Shown here one piece after another: positions 39,244 through 49,217 of a stretch of 64,000 nt of DNA. How positions within the stretch are numbered: the stretch's first letter is position 1; each line of letters begins with the position of its first letter. The position numbers were made by a program, and so were the translations under genes. Source of the stretch: Polyangiales bacterium (GTDB lineage Bacteria; Myxococcota_A; Polyangia; Polyangiales; Ga0077539); contig JBGARZ010000010.1 in assembly GCA_044229975.1 (NCBI GenBank), positions 64,001 to 128,000 on the forward strand, read 5' to 3'. Under the pieces are notes generated by a model. That model was not told the origin of the DNA. It worked only from the letters and a program-made list of their open reading frames with translations, and did no database searches.

Positions 39244-39324
39244 CGGGATTTTCAGCGCCCCGGGAGTACCGCACTCCGCCGCCGGACAGCAATGCCCCGC
39301 GACCCGAAGCGAAAGCCCGCGGGA

Positions 39325-40665
39325 CTACCGCTGCGGCAGCGTGAGCAGGTCGCAGCGCACGTGCACCGCGTCGATGCCGCCGCCGAGCTCGTCGACGTTG
39401 GCCATCACCGCCACGATGCCGTCCTCCGCGGGCAGCAGCACCGGCGGCGCGATCACCCGCGCCCGCAGTGGGAACACGTCCCTCCGCGGAAACGGCTGCC
39501 CCGTCCCGTCGAAGTAGACGAGGTACGCGTGCAGCCCTCCCGCCACCGCGTCGCCGTGCGTCGCGAGGTCGTACAAGACCCCTTCGCCGCCCGTCACCAT
39601 CGCGTGCCCCAGGGAGAGACCGTCCAGGTCGCGCGTGGTCCACAGCCGCGGCGTCTCCACCTGCAAGCGTCCGCGCGCGATGGGCAGCGTCGACACCGCC
39701 AGGCCGCGACCCTCCGCCCACTGCGAGAGCAGCAGCGACGTCCCGCGCATCGCCGCCGCCGTCGCGTACGGACCGAGGCCCAACCGCGCCGGATCACCCG
39801 ACGGTTCGAGCGTGTCGGTGAGCCGCACCAGCACCTGCTCGCGCGCCTGCTCTCCCGTGAGCGTCGTGCCGCGCACCGGACGCTCCAGCAGCGCCGCCGG
39901 ATCAGCCTCCAGCGGCAACGGCAGCAGCCGCATCGATCCGCCCACGCGCTGCTGCCACAGCACCGGATCACCCACGCGCTCGCCCGCTCCGTCGAAGGAG
40001 AGGGCGGTCACCTCACCGTCCTCTGTCCCCGCAAGCGCGACGGCGCCCGCGTGACCGTTGACCGAGCGCGCGGTCGCCGTGAGCCACACGTACCCGTGGT
40101 GCCCTGCGGCCGAAGCGGGCGGCGATTGTGCGACGCGACGCATCGGCGCGACGGGCCCCTCCGGGGTCACCATCGTCGCGTAGAGGTCGCCCGCGATGTG
40201 CGCGATGACCAGCACGCCGCCGTCCACCGTGACGCCCACCGGAACCCCCGGCGGAAAGGTCTCCCCCTCCCGCCGCGACGGAACCGGGTCCTCCACGAAG
40301 ACGGGCTCACCCACCACGTTGAGCTCCCGATTCACGCGCGCAAACACCGTCCCCGGAACGTGGTCCGTCTGGGTGGCGGTCCCACGCAATTCGAGCTCGG
40401 TGATGTTGCGTCGGAGAGCGCGTCGCTCGCCGACCCGCAGCGTGCGCTCGGGGTCGCGCACCGCCACCACGAAGGCCGCGCCGCCGGGGGCGGGTCGGGC
40501 GAAGGGAGCCGCCACGATGCGGTCGCTCCCGTTGGCGAGGAGGTACGGCGCGCTGATGAGCCGACGCGCCTCGGTGGTGACGCACACACGCTCGCGGGAC
40601 TGGGCGCCTGCGGTCACGGAGAGGAGCCCGAGGGCGATGGAGAGGAGGCTACGTCGGAGAGTCAT
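39325..40665 (-). CDS. Secreted hypothetical protein
   Basis: Signal peptide [13 protein letters not shown]; coding-type codon bias; overlaps the stop of the upstream gene. Confidence 0.6.
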   Translation of the reverse strand: MTLRRSLLSIALGLLSVTAGAQSRERVCVTTEARRLISAPYLLANGSDRIVAAPFARPAPGGAAFVVAVRDPERTLRVGERRALRRNITELELRGTATQTDHVPGTVFARVNRELNVVGEPVFVEDPVPSRREGETFPPGVPVGVTVDGGVLVIAHIAGDLYATMVTPEGPVAPMRRVAQSPPASAAGHHGYVWLTATARSVNGHAGAVALAGTEDGEVTALSFDGAGERVGDPVLWQQRVGGSMRLLPLPLEADPAALLERPVRGTTLTGEQAREQVLVRLTDTLEPSGDPARLGLGPYATAAAMRGTSLLLSQWAEGRGLAVSTLPIARGRLQVETPRLWTTRDLDGLSLGHAMVTGGEGVLYDLATHGDAVAGGLHAYLVYFDGTGQPFPRRDVFPLRARVIAPPVLLPAEDGIVAVMANVDELGGGIDAVHVRCDLLTLPQR

Positions 40666-43187
40666 CGCGGGGCTCCGGGGAGGGTGCAGGTGAGGTCGAT
40701 CCAGCGCCACGTGACGCCGCGCTCGGCGCTGCGGGGGTAGAGCGCGACGAGGTGCGTGGCGTCGGCGTCCATGCTGACGCCATCGGCCACGGCGCTGGCA
40801 TCATCGGGGAGGCGGAAGTGCGCGCCGACGAGGGTTCCCTGATCGACGGCGGCGAAGGTGAGCGACGCGGCGGACTGACCCTCCGGCGCGAGGCCCGTGG
40901 CGAGCGCGAGCCAGTGACGACCGCCGACCCGAGCGCCCGCGAGCAGCGCCCCACCACCGGGATGAACGGCGAGCAGACTGCGCGGATTGCGCAGCGAGTC
41001 TTGCGTGAGGTCGGCGAGTCGGAGGGCTGTTCCGAGGCGCGAGACGAGGGCGAGCGCGCGACCAGGGAGATGGTGCCAGAGGGCCGCGCCCGCGACGTGA
41101 CCGAGGGGATCGGCGAAGGCGTCTTCACCGGGTCGCAACGGAGTGGGCGTGGCGCCGACGAAGCGCGCCGCGAGGGTGAGGGAGACGTCTTCACCGAGCG
41201 TGTCGGGTCGGCCGAGGAGCAGCGCGGTGCGGTCGTTGTCGCGAACGGCATCAAGGAGCGTGTCGCCGTCGCGCAGCGTGGCGAGGGCGACGGGCGCGCC
41301 CGCGCGACCCGCGGTGGTGGGGATGCGCACGAGGACGGTGTCGAGGGCGTCGTTCTTGGCGACGACGTAGACCTCGCCGGTCTCGGGGACGACGGCGGCG
41401 GCGCTCGCGTCGCGCAGCCCGGTGGGGACGAGCGAGTGGGTGACCACGGCGCCGCGGAAGGTGACGAGGTCGAGGCGCTCGACGGACTGGAGGGGGTAGG
41501 TGATGACCGCGAGGGCCGCGCCGCCGGGGATGCGTGAGGCCGCGAGCAGGTCGGTGGCGGACGAGCGTCCGACGCGCAGCGGGGTGGTGCGGTGCTGGGC
41601 GTTGAGGGTCGACGCGACGAGGCGGCCGGGGGCGTCGGCGGCGCCGCGCACGATGGCGATGAGCGTCGCGCCGGTCGGCGTGACGACGACCGCGGAGGCG
41701 GTGTGCGCGAGGGCGTTGGCGTTGGTGTTGGCGTCGACGTGGGCGACGAAATCACCTGACGCGGCGGCCGAGCAGGTCATGGCTGCGGGCGTGGACTGCG
41801 GTCGCGCGAGGGTGACCGACGGCGTGTCGGGCGCCGCGGGTTCCTGCACGAAGGTCGCCGGCGGAACATCGAGCGGATCGACGTTGGCGCTCGCATCGCA
41901 ACGGATGCGGGTGAGGATGAGCTGCGGCGATCCGTCGTCGACGTCGCGTCCGTCGACCGCGACGAGGGCGTCGTCACCGTCGGGTGCGGTGGCGACGGCG
42001 AAGCTCGCGGTGCGGGTGAGAAAGCCCGTGAGGATGGGCGCGCGACCGAGGTAGCGGCCGGCGTCGTCGAGGAGCGAGAGGTTGACCGATCCGCCCGCGT
42101 CGTCGGCGAGCGAGGAGAGGGAGAGCGCCGCGATGCGGTGGTGGCCGACGGGTGTGAGCGCGACGTGGAGGTCGGCGGCGCCGCGGTAGGTGGCGAGGGT
42201 GATGGGCGCCTGCGCGGCGGCGTCATCGGCGGAGAGCACGGCGAAGCGCGCGGCGGTGTCGCGTCGGGCGACGCGGGCGCGCCAGGCGACGAGGGTGCGA
42301 CCGTCGGCGAGCGGGAGCAGCGCGGGGTGGTCGAGGTCACGCGCGACGAGGGTTGGGCGGTCGTCGTCGAGGCGGACGAGGGCGCGCTCGTCGTCGGTGG
42401 TGGCGTGGGCGCGGACGACGGTGGCCCACACTGCGGTGGAGTTGGCAGTGACGAGCAGGCGCGGCGCCTCGCCGGTGTAGGCGCCGCCGTCGGGGGCGGG
42501 CGCGGGGTGGACGCTGCCATCGGGGTCGACGCGAACGAGGAGCGGGGCCCACGCGGTGGTGTCGGCGCGGCCGACGTCGGGGGCGCGGGTGTCGGCGCGG
42601 GCGAAGGCGACGACGGGCTGATCGTCGCGCAGCGCGAGCGCAGGCGCGCCGAGGAAGCCGGTGGGGGTGAGCAGGCGTGCGGCGGAGGCGGGCGTTCCGT
42701 CGCGGCCGAGCGCGCGGAGGGCGATGCGGTGCTGGCCGGGGAGGCCCTCGCGCCACGCGAGGAGATAGCCCTCGCGGGTGGCGACGAGGGCGGGGTGTGA
42801 TGGGGCGGCGCCGACGCCGTCGAGGTCGATGGGGCTGTGGGGCGTTCCGTTGGTGGTGGAGCTGCCGTCGGCGTCGATGGGGAGGAGGCGGAGCGTCGGG
42901 TGGCCGTCGCGGTTGGGGTCGACGATGAAGGCGACGAGGCCGCCGTCGGCGCGCCGCGCGATGGCGGGAGTGGCGGGCAGCGCCGGGGTGAGGGTGGCGA
43001 CCGCGAGCGGATCACCGGCCTCGCAACGGGGCATCGCAGGCGCGGGGAGACCACGGACGGCGAGGGAGGTGTCGGCCGGTGGAGGCGCTTCGGGCATGGC
43101 GACGGGCGCGGTGACGGGCACCGGGCGCGGGGCGCTGCTGCACGCGGCGAGGACGAGCGGGAGAGCGAGGGTGTGTGGGCGTCGCAC
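40662..43187 (-). CDS. Large hypothetical lipoprotein (beta-propeller-like repeats)
   Basis: GTG start, lipobox LAAC, repeated PAL......(Y/T)L(L/V)AW blades. Confidence 0.6.
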   Translation of the reverse strand: MRRPHTLALPLVLAACSSAPRPVPVTAPVAMPEAPPPADTSLAVRGLPAPAMPRCEAGDPLAVATLTPALPATPAIARRADGGLVAFIVDPNRDGHPTLRLLPIDADGSSTTNGTPHSPIDLDGVGAAPSHPALVATREGYLLAWREGLPGQHRIALRALGRDGTPASAARLLTPTGFLGAPALALRDDQPVVAFARADTRAPDVGRADTTAWAPLLVRVDPDGSVHPAPAPDGGAYTGEAPRLLVTANSTAVWATVVRAHATTDDERALVRLDDDRPTLVARDLDHPALLPLADGRTLVAWRARVARRDTAARFAVLSADDAAAQAPITLATYRGAADLHVALTPVGHHRIAALSLSSLADDAGGSVNLSLLDDAGRYLGRAPILTGFLTRTASFAVATAPDGDDALVAVDGRDVDDGSPQLILTRIRCDASANVDPLDVPPATFVQEPAAPDTPSVTLARPQSTPAAMTCSAAASGDFVAHVDANTNANALAHTASAVVVTPTGATLIAIVRGAADAPGRLVASTLNAQHRTTPLRVGRSSATDLLAASRIPGGAALAVITYPLQSVERLDLVTFRGAVVTHSLVPTGLRDASAAAVVPETGEVYVVAKNDALDTVLVRIPTTAGRAGAPVALATLRDGDTLLDAVRDNDRTALLLGRPDTLGEDVSLTLAARFVGATPTPLRPGEDAFADPLGHVAGAALWHHLPGRALALVSRLGTALRLADLTQDSLRNPRSLLAVHPGGGALLAGARVGGRHWLALATGLAPEGQSAASLTFAAVDQGTLVGAHFRLPDDASAVADGVSMDADATHLVALYPRSAERGVTWRWIDLTCTLPGAPR

Positions 43188-43324
43188 GGGGGTGTTCTGT
43201 GCGACACGCGGGGCGGAGGGAAGTTCCCGGCAGGAGAGGGCGGCGGGTCCACTGAGCAAAACCGACGTCGACCATCACCGGGCTTACGCCGCAGCGTCAG
43301 CGCGGCGCGCGACCGCGACCATCA

Positions 43325-44308
43325 TCAATCGCGCATGCCACCGAACTCCCGGTCAACGAGCGCCGCCACGTCCAGCTCGCGGTTGCTCCCGCCCGCCTCT
43401 CTGGTCCGCCGCGCGAGGTCCGGCTCGAACGCCCGGCGCGCGAGCGCCTTCACCGCCGCCGTCGCATCGGCCCGCCGCCCGCTGGCGACGACCATCAACA
43501 ACGCCGAGGTCGCGCGCTCGCTGCGGAAGAGGGCCAGCGCTCCCATCGCCCGCGCCCGCCGCCCGGGAAAAACGTCGCGCAGGGCGGTCAACAACAACTC
43601 CAACGCCGCATCGAGCCTCGACTCGCCGAGCACCAGCGCGGCCACGTCCGCGGCGCCCTCGTCGTTGCCGCCGAGCATCGAGGCAAGCCGCGGAAGCGAG
43701 ACATCGGGCGCGAGGTGGAGCAGCGCCGCGTGACACGCGATCAGCACCTGCGGCTCCACGTCGCCCACCGCGAGCTTCAGCAGGAGGAGCCCAGCGCCTG
43801 CGCGATCGCCGCGGTGGGCCAGCGCGTCCGCCGCGGCTGCCCGCACGGGGGCCTCCGGGTCGGCGAGCATCTCTCCCAGCAGCAGCGACAGGTCGCGATG
43901 CCCCAGGCGCGCCAGCCCGGCCGCCGCGTGGGCCCGCACGCCGGCCGCCGCGTCGATCGGCGGGCCCCACGCCTTCTCCATCTGCACATAGCGCGCGGCG
44001 TGGACGAACGGCGCGTCGTCGGTCGACTCCAGGTGGTCGAGCGCCTCCAACAGCGCGACGCGAGCGCGGCAGCCCGTGTCGTCGCCGGGGAGCGACGCGT
44101 AGGCCCGAACGAGCGCCTCCTCGACGTCGGGGAGCGCGGCCTCGCGGATGGCCCGCGCCGCAAGCGCCACGACGGTCGCGCGAGGGCTCGTCAGCGCGGC
44201 GAGCAGCGGGGCACGCGACGCCGGGTCGTCGGGCTTCGACAGCGCGGGCGCGAGGTCTGCGAGCTCGCGTTCGAGGGCAGTCGGTCTGCCAGGTCCGCGC
44301 TTCGTCAT
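43325..44308 (-). CDS. HEAT-repeat protein
   Basis: LADPEAPVRAAAADALA and similar repeats; CRARVALLEALDHL. Confidence 0.7.
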   Translation of the reverse strand: MTKRGPGRPTALERELADLAPALSKPDDPASRAPLLAALTSPRATVVALAARAIREAALPDVEEALVRAYASLPGDDTGCRARVALLEALDHLESTDDAPFVHAARYVQMEKAWGPPIDAAAGVRAHAAAGLARLGHRDLSLLLGEMLADPEAPVRAAAADALAHRGDRAGAGLLLLKLAVGDVEPQVLIACHAALLHLAPDVSLPRLASMLGGNDEGAADVAALVLGESRLDAALELLLTALRDVFPGRRARAMGALALFRSERATSALLMVVASGRRADATAAVKALARRAFEPDLARRTREAGGSNRELDVAALVDREFGGMRD

Positions 44309-44327
44309 GGGCCCTTCATCGGCACCG

Positions 44328-45530
44328 CTACCGCACGGGCCGAAGCGTCACGAAGGACACGCTGTCGCTGCCGCTGTTGCGCGTCGTGTCGAGCACCACC
44401 GTCACCGTCCCCGACAGCGCCCGCCGCCCCCACACGTCCGTCACGATCGCCAGCGCCCCGTCGCCTGTTCGCTGGTCCACCCGCACGGCCTCGCCGTTGA
44501 CCGTGAACAGCGCGCGCATGTCGTTGCGGTTGCTGGAGTGCCGCGACCCGATGAGCACGTCGTAGGTCGCCGCCGCCACGTCGGTGAAGCGAAACGTCGC
44601 CGTGCCGCGCAGCGTTCCGTCGGGCGCGTAGCCGCCGGTGCAGTCCTCGGAGGCGTGGTCGCCGCGCGCGGTGTACGCGTAGTTGGCGTCGCAGCGAAAC
44701 ACCCAGTTGCCGCGCTGGGTGTACGTCGCCGAGCGGTACCCGATGGTGCGCTCGACGGCGGGCCCGGTGGGCGTCCCGGCGTCAGCGGGCATGGGCATCA
44801 CGACGCCCGGACAGCGCTCCACCCGCGCCGTAAACTCCATCGCGACGCGCCCGATGCGGAAGAACGACCGCGACAACGGCCCAGGTCCAAACTCCACCAC
44901 GTTGCTCCCCGCGACGACCGAACCGGTGACGACGATGGTCTGCCCGGGCACCGTGACGTTGTCCCACGCGGTGTCGGCGGGCATCGGGAAGCGCCGCCCG
45001 TTGAGGGTCGCGAAGCCCTCCTCGCCGGGGTGGTCGGCGTCGAAGGAGTCGTAGTGCAGCGTCGCCGCCGTGACGCCCGCAGGAATACCCGGCAGCGTAA
45101 ACCGCAGGCGCGTCGACGACGTGGGCGCGACGTCGAGCTCCTGCATCGCGGCGCCGTAGGTGGTCGACTCCACGCGGCAACGCTGCTCGGGCAACGTCGG
45201 CGTGGGCGACCCCAAGTCCATCGGCGTCGGCGGCACATCGACGATCGGTGTCGGTGGGACGTCCACGATCGTCGGAGGGACATCCGGCGCGACCGGCACA
45301 TCGACCGTCGCGGGCACATCCGTCGTCGTCGCCGTCACGTCGTCATCGACCGCGACGGGAACATCCACCGCGGGCCTCGGCCCGACGTCATCGTCGACCG
45401 AGGCGTCGGCGGGCCACGGCGGTTCATCCTCCGAGTTGGGGTCGGTGGTGACGGCGTCGTCGGGCGAGCACGCCGCCATGAGCAACGCGGCGATGGCCCA
45501 CGCCGACGGGGCGATACGATGAGCGCGCAT
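44328..45530 (-). CDS. Lipoprotein with DVP linker and beta-sandwich (CBM-like) domains
   Basis: Lipobox MAAC, VDVP repeats, ATFRF....ATYDV...DSVSF jelly-roll-like C-terminus. Confidence 0.6.
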   Translation of the reverse strand: MRAHRIAPSAWAIAALLMAACSPDDAVTTDPNSEDEPPWPADASVDDDVGPRPAVDVPVAVDDDVTATTTDVPATVDVPVAPDVPPTIVDVPPTPIVDVPPTPMDLGSPTPTLPEQRCRVESTTYGAAMQELDVAPTSSTRLRFTLPGIPAGVTAATLHYDSFDADHPGEEGFATLNGRRFPMPADTAWDNVTVPGQTIVVTGSVVAGSNVVEFGPGPLSRSFFRIGRVAMEFTARVERCPGVVMPMPADAGTPTGPAVERTIGYRSATYTQRGNWVFRCDANYAYTARGDHASEDCTGGYAPDGTLRGTATFRFTDVAAATYDVLIGSRHSSNRNDMRALFTVNGEAVRVDQRTGDGALAIVTDVWGRRALSGTVTVVLDTTRNSGSDSVSFVTLRPVR

Positions 45531-45611
45531 CACGAACCTCCGCCGCAGAGGCTCGCACACGTCGCGCTCGTCGCTCAACGCCATGCTTGCCCTGAGGGTG
45601 TCAGCGCGCCT

Positions 45612-45847
45612 GTGTGCCGGAGTTCGCGTGCCCCGATTGCGAGCGCGTGCAGTCGCTCACTCCGGGCTATTTCAGGTGGTCACCTCGCAGAGCGAGGTTG
45701 CAGCACTGGATTCCACGAGCAACCCATCGACCTGCTCAGCATCGGTCGCGAGTCCCTGCAACCTCGCTCTGCGAGGTGACCACCTGAAATAGCCCGGAGT
45801 GAGCGACTGCACGCGCTCGCAATCGGGGCACGCGAACTCCGGCACAC
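45612..45847. repeat. Perfect 92-bp inverted repeat with a 52-bp spacer (MITE/REPIN-like)
   Basis: 45612-45703 is the exact reverse complement of 45756-45847. The 25-bp direct repeat GCACACGTCGCGCTCGTCGCTCAAC lies at 45555-45579 and 45842-45866. Confidence 0.92.
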
Positions 45848-45861
45848 GTCGCGCTCGTCGC

Positions 45862-46326
45862 TCAACCGAGGTCGGCCAGCACCTTCGCGGCGTGGCCCGC
45901 GGACTTCACCGTGCCGTAGACGTGCGTGAGCTTGCCGTCGGGGCCGATGACGAAGGTGCTGCGAATCGTCCCCTCGACCTTCTTGCCGTACATGTTCTTC
46001 TCGCCGAAGGCGCCGTACGCCTTCTGCACGGCGAGCTCGGGGTCGCTCAGCAGCGCCACCTTCAGCCCGTACTTGTCCCTGAACTTGCAGTGGCTCTTCA
46101 CCGTGTCACGCGACACGCCCAGCACCACGGCACCCTTCTTCGCGAACTCCCCCGCCAGCGCGGTGAACTCGTTGGCCTCCACGGTGCAGCCCGGCGTGTC
46201 GTCCTTCGGATAGAAGTACAGCACCAGGGTCTTGCCCGCGAAGTCCGCGAGCGACACCTCGGTGCCCGCGTCGGTGGTCCCACTGAACGCCGGCGCGGCG
46301 TCGCCCGGCTTCAACGTCGTCGTCAT
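45862..46326 (-). CDS. bcp: Peroxiredoxin Bcp/PrxQ
   Basis: LYFYPKDDTPGCTVEA, SHCKF, IRSTFVI. Confidence 0.93.
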   Translation of the reverse strand: MTTTLKPGDAAPAFSGTTDAGTEVSLADFAGKTLVLYFYPKDDTPGCTVEANEFTALAGEFAKKGAVVLGVSRDTVKSHCKFRDKYGLKVALLSDPELAVQKAYGAFGEKNMYGKKVEGTIRSTFVIGPDGKLTHVYGTVKSAGHAAKVLADLG

Positions 46327-46349
46327 CGATCTCGTCTCCCGTGTCCGAA

Positions 46350-46742
46350 CTAACGAACGCTGATCTGCCCGCCCGCGCGGAGCTGCGTCTCCAGCCGCAC
46401 GGCGCCCTTCGCGGTCTTGCTCGCGAGCTGCGCCGTGATCTGGAACTTCAACACCAGCACCTCGTCGTCGCGCACGTGCTGCACGATGACGTTCTTCAGC
46501 CGCGGCTCGTACTGGAGCACCGTCGCCCTGATCGAGCGTTGCAGCGTCTGGATGGCCTCCGGAAACGTGTGCATGAGGTCGGTGAAGTCGACCACACCGA
46601 AGTCGAGCGCCGCGGGGCACTCGCCCTGTCGTGTGTTGAGCAGCCCCCGCAGGTGCTCGACGATCGACTCGACGTCGTTCTCCGTGCGCGTGCGGTTGAC
46701 GTCCTTCGAGCCGATCCGTGAGAGCAGTCCGCGTCCAGCCAT
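46350..46742 (-). CDS. tssE: T6SS baseplate gp25-like protein
   Basis: HLRGLLNTRQG...FGVVDF...YEPRL. Confidence 0.9.
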   Translation of the reverse strand: MAGRGLLSRIGSKDVNRTRTENDVESIVEHLRGLLNTRQGECPAALDFGVVDFTDLMHTFPEAIQTLQRSIRATVLQYEPRLKNVIVQHVRDDEVLVLKFQITAQLASKTAKGAVRLETQLRAGGQISVR

Positions 46743-46962
46743 CGCGTGGGCATAGTACCCCCGCGGGCGCGCGTCCCAACACCTCGCGCGAAAACCTCGA
46801 CGCCCGCTGTTTTCCCGAGCGATCGCGCAGAGCTCCCACCCCGCTCCGATCGCCATGGAGAAGTATTGCTTCGCCGTTGACCACCGTGCGATTCTCCGCC
46901 CGAATCCGTGGCGGCGCGGGCTGTGAGGTGTCGCGCCATGACGCTGGGGAAGGTCGATCAAC

Positions 46963-47814
46963 GTGCGTAAGACGGGAAGCAAACAGGGTCTCCGGGGACT
47001 GCTCGCCTGCCTCGCATTGACGCCAATGCTGGCGACGTGCAGCAGCACCCCCCGGCTCCCCACGCAGCCGGCCACCTGCAACCTGCCGCAGAACATCGGC
47101 CTGGTGTTGCGCGGCTCCGAGCGGCTCAACCCCAACGACGACGGGCGCTCGCTCCCGGTGGTGGTTCGCATCTATCAGCTCAAGTCCGGGGCGCGGATGG
47201 AAGAGGCCGAGTTCGACGGCGTCTGGCGGCGCGACCGCGAGGTGCTCGCCGACGACATCCTCAAGATGGACGAGATGTACCTCTACCCCAACCAGCGCAT
47301 GGCCCGGTCGTTTCGCCGCGACCCCGCCGCCACGCACGTGGTCGCGGTGGCCTTCTTCCGCCACCCCGCGGGTCAGTCGTGGCGCACCATCTACGAGCTC
47401 CCGCCCGCGCCCGGCGACGAGCGCTGCGCCGCGCAGTCCGCCAACGCCGAGGCCAACCCGCCGCCCGTCCGCGACCCGCGCTACGTGTTCTATCTCGAGG
47501 ACTACTACATCGAGCCTGGCGTCGATGACCCGCCGGTCGACGGCGGCCTCCGCGACAGCCGCGGCCGTCTTCGTCTCCCGAGCACGCTGCCCGGTCGGCC
47601 CGCCAACCCGACGCCCGCCAGCGGCGGCAGCGGCCTGCCCGAACTACCGCAGGTGCCGCAGGTGCCGGGCGCTCCCAACGCGCCGCAGGTGCCGGGTGCC
47701 CCCAACGTCCCGAGCGCTCCCAGCGCGCCGTCGCTGCCCAGCGCTCCGAGCGCGCCCACCGTCACGCCGCCGTCCATCTCGATGATCTCCGCGACGCGCG
47801 AGGTCTCGGCATGA
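46963..47814 (+). CDS. tssJ: T6SS lipoprotein with Pro-rich C-terminal tail
   Basis: Lipobox LATC, LNPNDDGRSLPVVVRIYQLK, VAVAFFR.P....WR. Confidence 0.88.
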   Translation: MRKTGSKQGLRGLLACLALTPMLATCSSTPRLPTQPATCNLPQNIGLVLRGSERLNPNDDGRSLPVVVRIYQLKSGARMEEAEFDGVWRRDREVLADDILKMDEMYLYPNQRMARSFRRDPAATHVVAVAFFRHPAGQSWRTIYELPPAPGDERCAAQSANAEANPPPVRDPRYVFYLEDYYIEPGVDDPPVDGGLRDSRGRLRLPSTLPGRPANPTPASGGSGLPELPQVPQVPGAPNAPQVPGAPNVPSAPSAPSLPSAPSAPTVTPPSISMISATREVSA

Positions 47815-49187
47815 GGGTTCCGCAGCGGGTCATCTGGTCGGAGGGGATGTTCATGTCCCCGCAGCACCTCCAACAGCTCGACCGCTACCACGAGGGTCTG
47901 CTGGAGGCGCGTCTCTCCGCGCTCAGCGCCTACGACTGGGGCGTCGTGTCTCTCGAACTCGACGAGCGCGCGCTCGTGGCGGGTCAGATCCGCCTGCAGC
48001 GCTTCGAGGGCGTGCTGCCCGACGGGCTCCCCATCGCCTTCGACGGCGCGCACCCCGAAGCCCCCGCGGTGCGGCCCATCGAAGGCTTCTTCGCGCCCAC
48101 GCAGCGGGTGCTCGAGATCTTCATCGCGGTGCCCGCCGAGCGCGACGGATCGCCCGTCGTCGCCCCGAGCGCGGTGCCTACGCAGGGCATGCGCTTCTTC
48201 ACGGCGCAGCGCGCGGTGGTCGACGCCGCGGGCGGCGCGCAGGACGTCGCGGTGGCTTTCGCCCAGAGGCACGTCGCCGTGCTCTTCGGCACCGAGAGCC
48301 GCGACGACTACGAGTCCATGAAGGTCGCGGAGATCGTCCGCGACGGCGCGGGCCAGCTCGTGGTGCGCGCGGAGTTCATCCCGTCCATCCGCCGCATCGG
48401 CGCGTCGGCGTGGCTCATGGGCTCGCTGCGCCGCCTGCTCGCGCTCATGGCCGCCAAGCAGAACTCCCACTCCGAGCAGCGCCGCCAGCGCGACGGCGCG
48501 ACGGTGGAGTTCACCTCGGCGGACATCACGCGCTTCCTCCTGCTCAACGCCGTCAACTCGTACCTCCCGGTGGTCAACCACCTCTGCGAGCGCGGCGACA
48601 CGGCCCCCGAAGACGCTTACCTCTTCCTCTGCCAGCTCGCGGGCGCGCTCTCGACCTTCGCCACCGACGCGAAGTTCTCCCCGACCACGCTGCCGAAGTT
48701 TCTCTACAACGACCTCCAGAGCACCTTCGCCGAGGTCATCGACCGCATCACGGTGCTGCTCAACATCACCGACATCCAGAAGTACATCGTCGTGCCGCTC
48801 CAGAGCCGCGAAGACGGCCTGCACTTCGGTCAGCTCGACGACGAGCGCCTCGCGCGCGGCGCTCAGTACATCCTCTCGGTGCGTTCGGGTCAGCCCGAGC
48901 AGACCGCGGCCGAGCAGATTCCGCAGCTCTCCAAGATCGCCGCGTGGAGCGACGTCACCTCCATCGTGCAGAGCGCGCTCCCGGGCGTGGCTCTCCAGGT
49001 GACGTACCGCCCGCCGCCGGAGATCCCACCGCGCGCCGGCATCCTGTACTTCATGCTCAACCAGAGCGGGCAGTTCTGGAGAAACGTCGCGGGCGAGCGA
49101 ACGATCTCCATCTACCTCCCGCCGCCGTACGACCCCGCCAACGTCAAGCTGGAGCTGCTGGCCATCCCCAAGCCCGCGGCTCAATAA
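47811..49187 (+). CDS. tssK: T6SS baseplate subunit
   Basis: VIWSEGMFMSPQHLQQLDRY, GVLPDG, PPPEIP. Confidence 0.93.
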   Translation: MRVPQRVIWSEGMFMSPQHLQQLDRYHEGLLEARLSALSAYDWGVVSLELDERALVAGQIRLQRFEGVLPDGLPIAFDGAHPEAPAVRPIEGFFAPTQRVLEIFIAVPAERDGSPVVAPSAVPTQGMRFFTAQRAVVDAAGGAQDVAVAFAQRHVAVLFGTESRDDYESMKVAEIVRDGAGQLVVRAEFIPSIRRIGASAWLMGSLRRLLALMAAKQNSHSEQRRQRDGATVEFTSADITRFLLLNAVNSYLPVVNHLCERGDTAPEDAYLFLCQLAGALSTFATDAKFSPTTLPKFLYNDLQSTFAEVIDRITVLLNITDIQKYIVVPLQSREDGLHFGQLDDERLARGAQYILSVRSGQPEQTAAEQIPQLSKIAAWSDVTSIVQSALPGVALQVTYRPPPEIPPRAGILYFMLNQSGQFWRNVAGERTISIYLPPPYDPANVKLELLAIPKPAAQ

Positions 49188-49217
49188 CGCCTCCCCCACC
49201 GGAGCACTCGTACCGGC

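Noticed and set aside
45612..45847. tRNA or autonomous IS element
   Set aside because: No cloverleaf, T-loop or CCA pattern, and no transposase ORF.
46743..46962. Sigma-54 promoter in the tssE/tssJ divergent gap
   Set aside because: The best candidate (TGGAGAAGTATTGCT) has GG-N9-GC spacing rather than N10.
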